Source of the DNA: Mobula hypostoma
Lineage: Eukaryota
Length of the DNA: 64,000 bases
NCBI RefSeq assembly: GCF_963921235.1
Contig: NC_086109.1
Span: forward strand, 16,122,001 to 16,186,000
Direction of reading: 5' to 3'
Shown: positions 22,001-34,850 of the stretch, one piece after another
Layout of the letters: every line of letters begins with the position of its first letter
Position numbering within the stretch: the first letter of the stretch is position 1
The notes under the pieces: model-generated
Told to the model about the DNA's origin: nothing
What the model saw: the letters and a program-made list of their open reading frames with translations, nothing else
Database searches by the model: none
Position numbers and translations under genes: made by a program

Positions 22001-22904
22001 CTGAAGCTTTGAAATTTGCAAGTACCTGTGAGATGTCACTGAAATCAAGAACCAAACCTGCAGCAGGTCAGGATCAGAAATAACTCAAGCATTTTTTGTT
22101 GAGGCAGAGTAAAATGGTGTTGGACCCAGCACAGGAGAGACTCTCCTAGTTTTGGAAGAGAGAAATTGCTGAGTTGCCAGAAGAGACAGATGGATGCAAT
22201 TATCTGTTGTGGTTCACGTCCAGAGGGCTAGATCAGTGAATATGGGCATCGATAGGATCAGATACTTAGAGTAAGATTACTACATTTCTGAAACTTGTTA
22301 GAAATGAGGAGACCTGGGTGATGAGCACAGGTCCCATTTAAACAAGCATTTGGTCAGATAAGCATCAAGTCTTTAGCTCCTAGACAATGCCTGACCAAAA
22401 TCAGCAGCTATAACTCAAACTTGATGGTTATAGTGTACGAGAAATTGATGGCAACTTCCAAGATAAGAGATGTTTGGAGGAAAGTACAGCAAAACTAGAT
22501 GGTCCTCTCCACTGAAGAGTAATAGAGCTATGCAGCATGGAAACAGGCCCTTCAGCCCAACTCTTCTATGCTAGCCAACATGTCAATCCGATCTACCTCT
22601 ATTTGCCTGAGTTTAGTCCAAATCCCTCAAAGCCTTTTCTATCTTTGTCAAAATATTCTTTAAACATTGTAATGGTGACCACCTCTTTACAGTAGCTTCC
22701 TTTGGCTGCTCGTTCACTCCCTCTGTCTAGCAGATTCAGTAAATGGGATATGGGTAGTGATGGAGTTGGTTTCTAGTCCATCTGGAGAGGAATATGAAGA
22801 CTGGCCTGAAGGACAAGCTAGGCAGTTCAAAGCTACGTCTTTCCCGGAGGAGGTAAACCAGATGCTGGGTAACAGTTTTTAAATCAAGGATTACATGATG
22901 TTGA

Positions 22905-23482
22905 GCCAAGGGTAAGGTGAAATTCTTAGTATATGAAGATATAAGATTGAAGTATGATCTGGGACTGAGGATTTTAAGGCATTGGTCAAAATACACTTGA
23001 AATATTGTGAACAGTTTCGGGCTCCTTATCTAAGGAAGGATGAAGTGGCATTGGAGAGGAGGTTCATGAGAATGATCCCAGTAATGAAATGGTTAACATA
23101 TGAAGAGAGTTTGATGGCTCTGGCCCTGTCCTCAACTGAGATTAGAAGAATGAGGGAGGATCTCATTGAAACCTATCAAATATTGAAAGGCCTAGAAAGA
23201 CAGGATGTGGAGAGGTTTCTTCCTAGAGGGCACAGACACATAATAGAAGATCATCACTTTAAAGCAGAGATGAAGAGGAATTTCTTTAGCCAGAGGGTGA
23301 TGAATCTTTGGAATTCATTGACACAGACAGCTGTGGAGGTTAAATCATTGGGCATCTTTTAAGCGGAGGTTAACGATTAGTAAGGACATCAAAGGTTATG
23401 AGGGGAAGGCAGGAGAATGAGATTGAGAGGGATAATAAATCAGCCATTTTGGAATGGTTTTGTTCCTTTGTCTTATGGTCCT
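22905..23482 (+). mobile_element. Decayed CR1 3' fragment
   Basis: ORF 22982-23362 reads DLIETYQILKGL...FFSQRVMNLWNSL. Confidence 0.8.
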
Positions 23483-25281
23483 ATTATCTAAGTATCAATG
23501 AAGACAGCTTTCAGGTCATGTAAGGCTGTGATAATTAATCTGGTTCTTAGCTTCAGACTATCTCTTTAGGGGTGATAAGAGCTTTTTTCCACAATCCAAA
23601 GACTGTTGTGTCACCAAGACCTGTGCATGTTTATCTTGCCAAAAAGCAATAAAGAAAACAAGTCCCACAATACAATGTTCATGAGAGACTGAGGCAGAAG
23701 GTGTCCATTGTTAAAACAACTGCAGAGGTGGGAAGGCAAAGTAATGGAACACAGCATCAGTGATAACTTGACTTCTGAGCCTGGGTGAAATATTGTCGAG
23801 TGATAAACAGTCCCTGGAAAACAATTTGACTCTAGGTTGTTGTGAATTCAATGATCCTTCTTTATCAAAACAATGGGAATATTCACAGTCCTCAGTAGCA
23901 ATGGTTTGGAAAAGGACTTTGTGATTTCACAGATCATTTTCTGCTCATTGGCCATCAAGTACCTACTATGCACTAGTCCCACACCAACATATATTGTTCA
24001 TGCCATATTCCCATCAACTTCCCATTGACTCTAATACTTATCCACACACTGGGGACAATTTACAGTATCACTCAGATTTATTATCAAAGTCTTATATGAT
24101 GAGAAATCTGCGGTCAATTAACCTGGAAATATGGGCATTTTGGGGATGTGGTAGGAAACCAGAGTACCCAAGGGAAACTCAAGCAATCACAAACTTTGTA
24201 CAAACTTATTGGGGGTCAGGGCTGGACTCAGTTCACTGGAGCTGGGAGGCATCAGTTCCACTGGCTACATCGATATTATGTGTTGGTGGCTTCCTTGGAA
24301 TGTTAGGACAGCAGTTGTACCATTTCAAGAATCCACTGATTAGATGGAAGGTGAGAAGTTTGGCAAAAGGTACTGAAAAACAGCTGTGGTAACCATGTGA
24401 TATGATGCAGTGGATACAGCAGTGTAAAGCTTGAGAGAATGAGTAATGTCTACTGGACCTTTGTTGTTCATGGAGTTGCCAAATGGACATAAAATTAGCT
24501 CAGATTGAACTGAATACCTTGTTGAGGGTGTATATGTGAAGATGATTCATGAACTACAAAATTCCCACTAAGAGTGTTATCCCATGCCAAGGTTTACAGA
24601 TATCAGCACAATTTGGTGTAGCCAAGTGCAGTGAAAGAGGCAAAAGTTATTTCAGTCGAAGTGTTAATCAATGGAAATAACCAACCAAGGCAACAAATCT
24701 CTAACTTCAAAAGGGACACCAGTGAAGAGAAATGGTCCATGAGATATCATGGGGTCAAAATAGTCCCTTTGACCAAATGAATCCATGCTGACCATCTAGT
24801 ACCTATTTACACTAATATTAGACAAATACCATTTTATTCTCCACATGTCCCCAGATACTACCACTCTACGACAAACTGGGAGTGATTTATAAAGGCCAAT
24901 TAATCTCCCAACTCATCATCATTATGCGTCACGTCATATGATGTGGGCGATCAATGCAAATTTTTCTACACAAGCTGTTTGCCATTGCCGCTTTCTGGGC
25001 AGTGTCTTTACATGATCTTCAGAGATCGTCTGTCTGTTGTCAGTGGATGCAAAAACGAGTTCTTGTGATATGCACCAGCTGCTCATATGACCATCCACCA
25101 CCTCCTCTCATGGCTTTATGTGATCCTAATCAAGGGGGCCTGAGCAGGTGTTACATTTGCCCAAGGGTGACCTGAAGGTTAGCAGAGGGAAGGAGTGACT
25201 TACACCACCTTTGATAAGGATGTATCTCCACTCCGCTACTCTAGAACTTTGAAAAGCAGGAGGCAACCGGACCATCTAGAG

Positions 25282-25360
25282 CAGGGATCCCAACCTTTTT
25301 TATGCGATGGACCAATGCCATTAAACAAGGGGTCTGTAGGCCCCAGGTTGGGAAGCCCTG
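25282..25360. mobile_element. hAT (Charlie-like) mini-MITE
   Basis: TIRs CAGGGATCCCAACC / GGTTGGGAAGCCCTG and a perfect 8-bp TSD ATCTAGAG (25274-25281, 25361-25368). Relatives lie at about 54-134 and 53939-54028. Confidence 0.85.
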
Positions 25361-25929
25361 ATCTAGAGGACACCCACACAGTCAATATGATAATGTATAA
25401 ACGCAATACAAGTTCAAGGTATAAGTCATGATGTGAGACAGAGTGAGCATAGACATATTTGGATACAGAGCTTTAAGAAACGTTTCAATTTGAATATGTT
25501 TTTATTATGTTGATATATTTTGGGAATATACTGAAAACGGTAGTTATAAGAGTTGTTCAGTGGGAGTGCTAAGCAAATGGCTCACCTCCTGACAAGGCTT
25601 TTCACCATCGACATGGCATAAGTCAGGAGTGTGAGACGGAAAACTCTCTGTCTGACTGGCTGAGTGCAACTCTAACACCTCTGAAGGAACTCAACACCAT
25701 CAGGGACAAAGCAGCTCAATTGACTGGTATCACATCAATCACTCTGAAGATTTATTCCCACCAGCACATGCTACAACTGCTGCTACTTGTCTAGGCCACA
25801 CCAACAATACTTCTGAAACCCAATGACATATACCACAAAGGATAGGAAGGGAGCAGTGCAAGGAAGCTTCACCACCTCCTGGCTCACTTCCAAGTCATGC
25901 ACAATCCTAATCCAGAAATAGGTCACTGG

Positions 25930-26046
25930 GGCAACACATGCAAAAATTGCTGGTGAACACAACAGGCCAGGCAGCATCTCTAGGAAGAGGTACAGTCGAC
26001 GTTTCAGGCTGAGACCCTTTGTCAGGACTAACTGAAAGAAGAGATA
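25930..26046 (-). mobile_element. Penelope-derived short repeat with a degenerate hammerhead
   Basis: Same family as 17881-18076; GTCACTGG occurs at 25922-25929 and 26047-26054; core mutated to CTGACAA. Confidence 0.65.
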
Positions 26047-26529
26047 GTCACTGGTCCTCCGTTGTCATTAGGACTAAATTCTAGAAGGTCCCACTCAACA
26101 GGACTGTTGAAGGCACTGTTTTCACATCATTATCTGTAAACTCTAGAGACTATTGTCTGTGAAAATAAGAATTGCAATCAGGTTTATTATCACCAGCATG
26201 TATAATTCCAGGATACCAGCAGTTTCTGAGATGCTCAAACTGCCCTCTTGGGCATCAACCATTATTCCATAGTCAAAATCACTTAGATTACATTTCTTCC
26301 CCATGCTGATGTTTGGTTACAACCTTCACCAGAAAGTCCTTAATGGTTCAAGATGACAGCCTACCACCAGCTGCACAAGATCAATTAGGAATGGGCAATA
26401 AATGTTAATACCAGCAACACCCAGATCTGGGAGAAAAAAAATAAATGGAGAGGGGCAGAAATCTCAAAGCTAGCATGATGCCAGATTCTATTAAATGTAC
26501 TTTTGCCATTTTGTACTTGACAATACTTA

Positions 26530-27098
26530 CACTCAGTGCCCACTTTATCAGATACCTCCTGTACTTAATAAAGTGGCCACTGAGTGTACTTTTCTGGTCT
26601 TCCCCTGCTGTAGCCCATCGAATTCAAGGTTTGATGTCTTGTGCATTCAAAGATACTCTTCTGCACACCACTGTTGTATTGCATGGTTACTTGAGTTACT
26701 GTCACCTTCCTGTCGGCTTAAACCAGTCTGGCCATTCTCCTCTGAGTTCTCTCATTAACAAGGCATTTTTCCCCATGGAACCGCCACTCACTCGATTTTT
26801 TTTTTGTTTTGTTTTTTGCACCATTCTATGTAAACTCTAAAGAGTACTGTGCATGAAAATTCCAGGAGATAAGCAGTTTCTGAGATACTCAAACCACCCC
26901 ATCTGGTACCAACAATCATTCCACAGTCAAGGTCACTGTGATCATATTCCTTCCCCCGTTCTGATGTTTGGTCTGAACAACAACTGAACCTCTTGACTGT
27001 GCCTGCAGGCTTTTATGCATTGAATTGCTGCCACATGATTGGCTGATTAGAAATTTGGGGTAACAAGCAGGTGTTCCTAATAAAGTATCCGCTGAGTG
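26530..27098 (-). mobile_element. Tc1-like non-autonomous element
   Basis: TIR CACTCAGTG(G/C)CCACTTTAT at 26530, 26586 (reverse complement) and 27098 (reverse complement); transposase HTH remnant on the minus strand; partial copy at 26120-26320. Confidence 0.78.
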
Positions 27099-28985
27099 TT
27101 TGCTCCCAACTCATCTCCTGTTCTCTGAACTTGAGTAAAAGGCAGCTATAGTTAATTTCATTCATTCTGACCATTCTGTCTTATGGAGTAACACTGCAAT
27201 GTGCCCCAGTTTATTTATGGAACTACTGTCATTCAGTATATAACAATAGCACAATTTACTGGTGAGAAACCTTCCTGATCCCCTTTGCAGGAGATCACAT
27301 ACCTAATCTCCACTAACTTACCATTCTCAGCCTGCTCCTGCAACCCAAATAATTGCAATAAATTTGTTAGACACAACCTGCCTTTCATAATAAACTTATA
27401 TTGGTTCAGATTTATTAGTGTTGCTCTCACCAGATGCTCCGTTCTGACTCCCTCTGCAACAGACTCCAGTATTTTTCCTGCTACAGATGTCAAGCTTAAC
27501 AGCTTTAGCATTCCCAAGACTGTGCTTTTGACCTTTTCTAAAGATTAAGGTCATATCAGCCATCTCTTGGTCCTGCGGTACTACTCCTCTAGTCCACTGA
27601 GATTTCTATCATTATTTGCCTACCAAACCCTCCACAAATCTTGGCTAAACAGAGATACAGTTCAGTTCCTGAGATGATCTATTGACAGATGAAGGCAAAA
27701 GATGGGAGGCTCTCTACCCCATGAAGTTTCTGACTACTTATAATGGAAGACTTTTTAAAAAAAATAAATAAACTCTTCCTGTAAAACCTTAAAAATGATG
27801 TCTGTGTTCAGCTGATACCAGACTTGTGGGCACCAAAAGCATTCACGTTTGACAGGAGCTTTTTAGTTTGTGTATAGATGTATAATCAAAGGGAGGATTA
27901 AATATCAAAATGCTAAGTATGTTTTCATAGGTGAAAATAGATGAATAATTGCACAAAGTTTAAGACAAAGAACTTCCTTCTGATTTTTGGAGATCAAACA
28001 TGTAGCTTTAAAGGTGGGAGGTTACTAAAGAGGGGAAAGCAGCCCAAGTCTCCTAGAGAACTCAGAATGTGCAGTTGTTTCTACTCGGTGTTGAGTTCAG
28101 TTCAGTGTTTAAGGTGCCTCTGGCAAGAAAGGCTAAGCACATCAGAACTAGGAGGAGTATTGTGCACGGGAAAGACACAAGAAGGATAAACGAATGACCA
28201 AAGAAGAAGATAAAAGGAACACTTATATTTCACACCCTTGGCATGTCCCACATGTTCCACAATGCAGCAAGGTACTTTGTATGCTATGAGGTCCTAATGA
28301 AGGCTCTTGACCCTCAAATGTCAACTGTTCACTCCCCTCCATAGACACTGCCAGGCTGTGTTCCTCCGGTTTTTTGTACGTGTTGCTCAGCACTTTGTAA
28401 AGTTAACTCTCTGCATGATGAAATAATGTGGCCTCTTTTCTGTGCAGTACTATCAAACAATAAACGGATTTTTTTTAGTTGATGTTGGATCAGGGTAAAT
28501 TCAGAATACTGGTCCCCAAAAAGTTTAAAATGTTATTTTAGTGAGAAATACTCTGACAGTATAGAATTCTCAGTCCTCCACTGGAGCCTAAGTTTGTTTG
28601 CTCTGGTCTGTGGAATGAGGCTTGTACCGCACACACAATCTCCACACTCAGAGGCAAGCCTGTTACCTTCTGGTCTACCAATCAACACTTACTACGTGCA
28701 ACTGATTTCTGCATGACACAAAATCCCACAAGACTCAGTGGGCTCTCAGCCATCCACCCAAGAGTAAAAGTGGCCTTAGTCTCACATTTCTTCCACAGGA
28801 GTTTCAGACTAGATTATATACCTCTATAGATGTGGCTTGAACCTGTGACTCTCTGTTCATAAGGCAAAAGAGATGTTAAGTGACAGCTTAAAGTGACTTG
28901 TCTTTTTATGGTTTCAATCTAGGTGCCCATTTTATGCTCTAGCAGTATTCCATTTGTTGAACAAATTCACTTGATATGAACATAT

Positions 28986-28989
<4 letters not shown>

Positions 28990-29044
<55 letters not shown>
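28990..29044. repeat. (GT)n microsatellite
   Basis: Pure TG run of about 27 units. Confidence 0.97.
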
Positions 29045-29046
<2 letters not shown>

Positions 29047-31319
29047 TGAGCACTGAATTCATCAAGCGCCCACTTTGTGTACTTTATTTGCTGTTTTTTA
29101 TTTTTTAATGCGTTTTATGTTACGGACTTTTATCACAAGATGGATATATGCAATAAACAGTTTCTATTTAAATGATGAATTCATACTTAGAAATTTATTA
29201 TGATTGTTACTGAGGGTAACCTGACCAGTTTCAATGAATAATATTAAAAGGATATAACAATTTATATTGTAATTTTTGAAACCAGAAGCAAAATGAAACT
29301 GAATCGAGCCAAGGGTGAGATTACATTTGTGAACTATTTTGTGTTATACCAAATTGAATCCATCAGAAGGTGTAGAACTGAAATGTTGATCTAAGTTATT
29401 GTCTATTTTTTACTTTATTGTTGGTCAAAAATAATAATTTCCTTTGAGTACTGCAGCTGAGTTAACATGACTGGGGTTGTGTGGCACTACCACCTTGAAA
29501 TTCACTAGGTTATGGGATTAAGACAGCACCTCAGAGTCTCTATAATTTCGGCAGATATCTCATTTGAATACTGAAACTACTTCATTGGCAGGGAAGCTGA
29601 ATGTATTAAGCTGAGTGTGTCAACATAAAATTTGCGGGAGCTTTTTTGAGGTTGTAATGAGCAGATTGTATAAGGAGGAGCCAGTGGATGTGATGCATTT
29701 GGTAGCTCTAAAGACCATCAGTATGATACCATGCACAAGAGGTTATTAAACCATGAAACCATAAAATTTTGGAGTAGAATTAGGCCATTCAGTCCATCGA
29801 GTTTGCTCCACTATTTTCTGTCTCAACCCAATTGCCCTGCTCTTTCACTGTAATCTATGACAACCTTACTAATCAAGATTCTACCTACCTCCAGTTTAAA
29901 TATACCAAATACCTTTGTTTCCATAGCTGTCTGTGCCAATAAATTCCACAGACTCACCACCCTCTGGCGAAAGAAGTTCATCCTCATTAAGTGCTGGGTT
30001 CTATTGTTGAGGAAGACAAAACTGTGATGGTATTGTGTTTGCTGCCCATGAAGTTCTGAACTCAAACGAAGATTATAAGCTCTATCCAATATAGATAGCT
30101 ATGGCAATCCTCACTGAAGGGAGGTTATACTGAAGCCACCTACTCTTCAAGGGCTAGATAATTTCCCTGTGTAACCTCCATGGTAAGCTTAGATGTCAAT
30201 ACCTACTATTTGAGTGATGGGTCCCCCGCCTACCAAAGAGGAGACAGTTCCTGCTAATGAAATAGTGTAACCACAGTTCATCTATTTTTAGTGATGCTGT
30301 ACAAACTTAAATTTAAGTAAAACTGTATAGTACCGTTCAAATGCACAGGAAATGTCTATCTTATGAAAGATTTTTAAATTACAAATGATTTTTAAAACAC
30401 AAAGGACTTCCAAAACAAAGTTACAATTCTTATAAGCTAAAAAGACATACCAAAAAAGTTGCAGATGAATGAGTCATCTATCACAGAAATCGAAGACAGA
30501 AGAATAGATTTTAGACAGCCTGTCTTTCTACCATTCATCTTGTTATCCCTAGACCATTCCTAACAGAACTGACTGCTGTCTAACATTTGTACTGCTTTTT
30601 TGCCACTTGGGTGATTTCACACAAATGGTCTAAAAAGCTTCTGGCTGCAGAGATCACATATGTCTACAATTAATGCTGCAAAGGCAGACTCTCTGTATAC
30701 AGAGATCTTCCAAACATTGATAGATCAACTATTTGATGTGCTACATGGTAGTATCAATCTGGTAAGCAAACTGCCTTGAACTATATAACTTAGCCTGTGT
30801 TGACTGGTTTGATACAGGCCAATAAAAATAATGCCATTGTCTTACACTACTTCTCTTGAGCAATCAACCCCATGCTGTGGACCAGCAGATCGTCCTCTAT
30901 AGACAATGCTGTTTGTTTGAAAAGCTGACCTTTTAACTTAGTACTGATTATTGCTTGTCATTTATATTAATAATTTATGACAAGAAGCTGAACAAAGATA
31001 TTAGTTAGAAGTTAGTTATTGGTTCGAGTCAAAAACAACTCTTTGATCACTAGAAGTCCCAGCTGCTGTGTTAGAAAGCTGAATTTGGTAAAAAGCTCTC
31101 CCCGCCCCCGGCCCTGGATAGTGAATATCCATCACATAGTAATAAGATTGAGCAGAATCATTGTAGATCTTGGGGATTGTGATTGATGAATCTGTCAGAG
31201 TTCTTTGAGGTTGTAAGGCAATCAACGTAACTATCTAATCCAAACCCATTATCAAACTTTAAGGCCTAAACCTCTATACCTCCCTCTGCAACTAGATACT
31301 CAACTTCCTCACTGGCAGA

Positions 31320-31830
31320 CCTCAGCCACTCTCTGAGTAAAGAAGCTCGCCCCTCAGATTCTCCTTAAATATTTCACTTTTCACCCTAAACCTATGACCT
31401 CTAGTTTTATTCTCACCCAACCTCAGGTGGAACAGCCTGCATGTTTTTACCTTATCTAATTTTGCATAGATAGGTTTTCTATAAGTTCTCCTCTCAATCT
31501 CCTATGCTCTTGGACTAATGTCCTAACCTATTCAACATTTCCCTATAACTCAAGTTCTAAAATCCTAGAAACATCCTTGTAAATTTTCTCTGCACTCTTT
31601 CAAGCTTATTGATACCTTTCTTGTAGATAAGTGACCAATACTACATATGATACTCCAAATTTAGCCTCCACAATGTTTTATACAATTTGAATATAACATC
31701 CCAACTCCTTTATTCAATGCCCTGACTTATGAAGGTTTATGTGCTAAAAGCTCTCTTTATGACCCTGTATACCCGTGATCCCACTTTCAAAGAGTAATCA
31801 GTCTGTATTCCAAGATTATTTTGTTCCACA
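31320..31830 (-). mobile_element. Decayed CR1 fragment
   Basis: Reverse complement resembles the CR1 ORF2 3' region. Confidence 0.65.
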
Positions 31831-32012
31831 TGGCAAAGGGAAACAAGTTTTCTAATCATTTTATTAAGTGGCAATGTGTGTTACAGGGAGGATAGACAGG
31901 CTAATTACCTGGGCGAGGACATGATGATGGAACATTATTTATTTACTTATTTATTGTTATTGCTTGTTCTTTTTGTATTTGTATAACTTATCAGTCTTTG
32001 TGTGTAGAGTAG

Positions 32013-32588
32013 GTAACGCTGTGGTAAAGGTTTCACTGCTAACGTAATGGTTTTTCTGTAGAAGCAGTGTTCGGGTTATGGCTAGCGATAACGGATGCTT
32101 TGGAACGTGAGCCGTCCAGTGAGGGGAGTGTGTTTTTGTGTTGTGCGCTTGACGCCAGTGTGAGCTGGGGTCTCTGTTTGATGGGAGATGAAGAGAGAAA
32201 ACGCTGGAGAGAACAGGTTCTAGGATTCAACCCAGTGGTCGACCGTGATCCGATGGAGCAAGGTGCCAGGGTCTACTGAGGATCGGTGAATATGATTTTT
32301 GGAAGAGTTGAGCTCCAACTTGTGCACATTTCACTGTTTAATTATAAAGTAACCCTTCTTGGTTTTTTCATTTCTTTACTAACCCTTCAGTTAAGTTAAT
32401 ATTCATAAATGTAATTCCTATAAACGTATGCAGTGTGCTGTCTGTTATTTCTTGGCACTGAGCTGTAACGGGATAGCATTCACACAATCTGGGATTTCTG
32501 GTGGGGGAGCCCTCCCAATCTCATGGATCTAGTGGGACCGGAGCGTCTATTCCCTAGACGTACGCAGCCCAAGGATACCGGGGTTTCA
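32013..32588. mobile_element. Possible solo LTR inserted in a LINE 3' tail
   Basis: CpG-richer block of about 575 bp, (T)GTAACG...GGGTTTCA, that splits a common repeat tail (gtgtgtag | ...cattgattctat). GTAG(A) occurs on both sides but the exact TSD is ambiguous. Confidence 0.5.
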
Positions 32589-34019
32589 GGTAGATTTGCA
32601 TTGATTCTATTTTACCTCTTTTTTCTACTGTGAATACCTGCAAGAAAATGCATCTCAGGGTCGCATTTGGTGACATATACGCACTTTGATAGGCAACTTA
32701 CTTTGACCTTTGTGCTTTAGTAATATGGAAAAATGTAAGTTCATCCGATTTGTTTGCAAACAAAAAAATACAGAACAGCAAAGTACTTTTTTAAATAGTG
32801 AGAGATTCAAAGATGTTCATATTCAGAAAGAATCACGGAATGTTAAAATGCAGGAATAGACTGCAATTAGGAAGGCAAACGGCTGTTGGCCTTTATTGCA
32901 AGAGGAGTAAAGTAAGAGTGTAATGGTGACTTATTGCAATTTTATGGGGCCCTGGTGAGACAATGTCTGGAATATGGTGTGCAGATCAGGTCTGCCTACT
33001 TTTAAAAAAGGGTATTCTTGTTTTAACAGTGGTACAATGAGATTTCACCAGATTGCTGGTTGTGAAGTGAGAGGTGTGGGGTTGTCCTATGAGGACAGAT
33101 CAAGCAAAGTGACCCCATACTTTGGAGTTTAGAAGAATAAAAGAGGATCTCCTTCCAGGATAGGTGGTTTTAATGGGGATTAGCAGAGTTATTGTACGGA
33201 TAATAACCATTATCCCCTGACTGCAGTGTGAATAATTCAGAAATCAGATGAAATTTCTTCACTCAGACTATAGTGAATCTTTGGAATTCTCTACCCAACA
33301 AGTTATGTGGAGGTTTAGTTGCTGAGAATATATAATATGTAGACTAAGAAAATTTTGGCTGGTTGCATCACTGCCTGGCATGGAGAATCCAAAGCACAGG
33401 ATGGGAAATGGCTGCAGAGAGTTGTAAACTTCATCAGCTTCATCATGGGTGCAACCATCCTCACCACTGAGGGCATCTTCAAGAGGAGGTGGCTCAAGAA
33501 TGCGGTATTCTTCAGTAAGGACCTGCACCATTAGAGACATGCCCACTGCTCGTTACTACCATCAGAAAGGAAGTACAGGATGCTGAAGACCCACACTCAG
33601 TGCTTCAGGAAGAGTTTCTTCCCCTCATCCATCAGATCTGTTATTCCTTTTTTGTACTATTTATGTATCTATCTATCCGTTTATTGTAACTTTATGTCTT
33701 GCACTATACTTCCGCTACAAAACAAAATAATCAATTCAAGTCAAGTCACTTTTTATTGTCATTTTGACCATAACTGCTGGTACAGTACACAGTAAGAACA
33801 AGACAATGTTTTTCAGGGCTATGGTGCTACATGAAACAATACAAAAAACTACACTGAACTATGTAAAACAACACAAAAACTACACTGAACTACGTAAAAC
33901 AACACAAAAACTACACTAGACTACAGACCTACCCAGGACTGCATAAAGTGCACAGAAGAATGCAGGCATTACAATAAATAATAAACAAGACAATAGGCAC
34001 AGTAGAGGGCAGTAGGTTG

Positions 34020-34850
34020 GTGTCAGTCCAGGCTCTGGGTATTGAGGAGTCTGATGGCTTGGGGGAAGAAACTGTTACATAGTCTGGTCGTGAGAGCCCG
34101 AATGCATCGGTGCCTTTTTCCAGATGGCAGGAGGGAGAAGAGTTTGTATGAGGGGTGCGTGGGGTTCTTTATAATGCTGTTTGCTTTGCGGATGCAATGT
34201 GTGGTGTAAATATCTGTAATGGCAGGAAGAGAGACCCTAATGATCTCAACTGACCTCACTATCCGCTGCAGGGTCTTGCGATCCAAGATGGTGCAATTTC
34301 TGAACCAGGCAGTGATGCAGCTGTTCAGGATGCTCTCAATACATCCTCTGTAGAATATGGTGAGGATGGGGGGTGGGAGATAGATTTTTCTCAGCCTTTG
34401 CAGAGAGTAGAGACGCTACTGGGCCTTCTTTGCCATGGAGCTGGTGTTAAGGGACCAGGTGAGATCCTCCACCAGGTGAACACCAAGAAATTTGGTGCTC
34501 TTAACGATCTCTACAGAGGAGTTTCGATGTTCAGTGGAGAGTGGTCGCTCCATGTCCTCCTGAAGTCAACAACCATCTCTTTTGTTTTGTTCACATTCAG
34601 AGACAGGTTGTTGGCTCTGCACCAGTCCATTAGCCGCTGCACCGCCTCTCTGTATGCTGACTCATCGTTCTTGCTGATGAGACCCACCACAGTCGTGTCA
34701 TCGGCGAACTTGCTGATATGGTTCAAGCTGTGTGTTGCAGCACAGTCGTGGGTCAGCAGAGTGAACAGCAGTGGATTGAGCACACAGCCCTGGGGGACCC
34801 CCGTGCTCAGTGTGATGGTGTTGGAGATACTGCTTCCGATACGGACTGCA
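34020..34850 (-). mobile_element. Rex1/Babar-type LINE RT fragment
   Basis: LNPLLFTLLTHDC...SKFADDTTVVGLIS...LNVNKTKEMVVDFRR and HPSYKLFSLLPSGKR...NSFFPQAIRLLN. Confidence 0.88.

Noticed and set aside
33841..33920. Triple repeat of about 30 bp
   Set aside because: Ordinary tandem slippage within a LINE 3' UTR.
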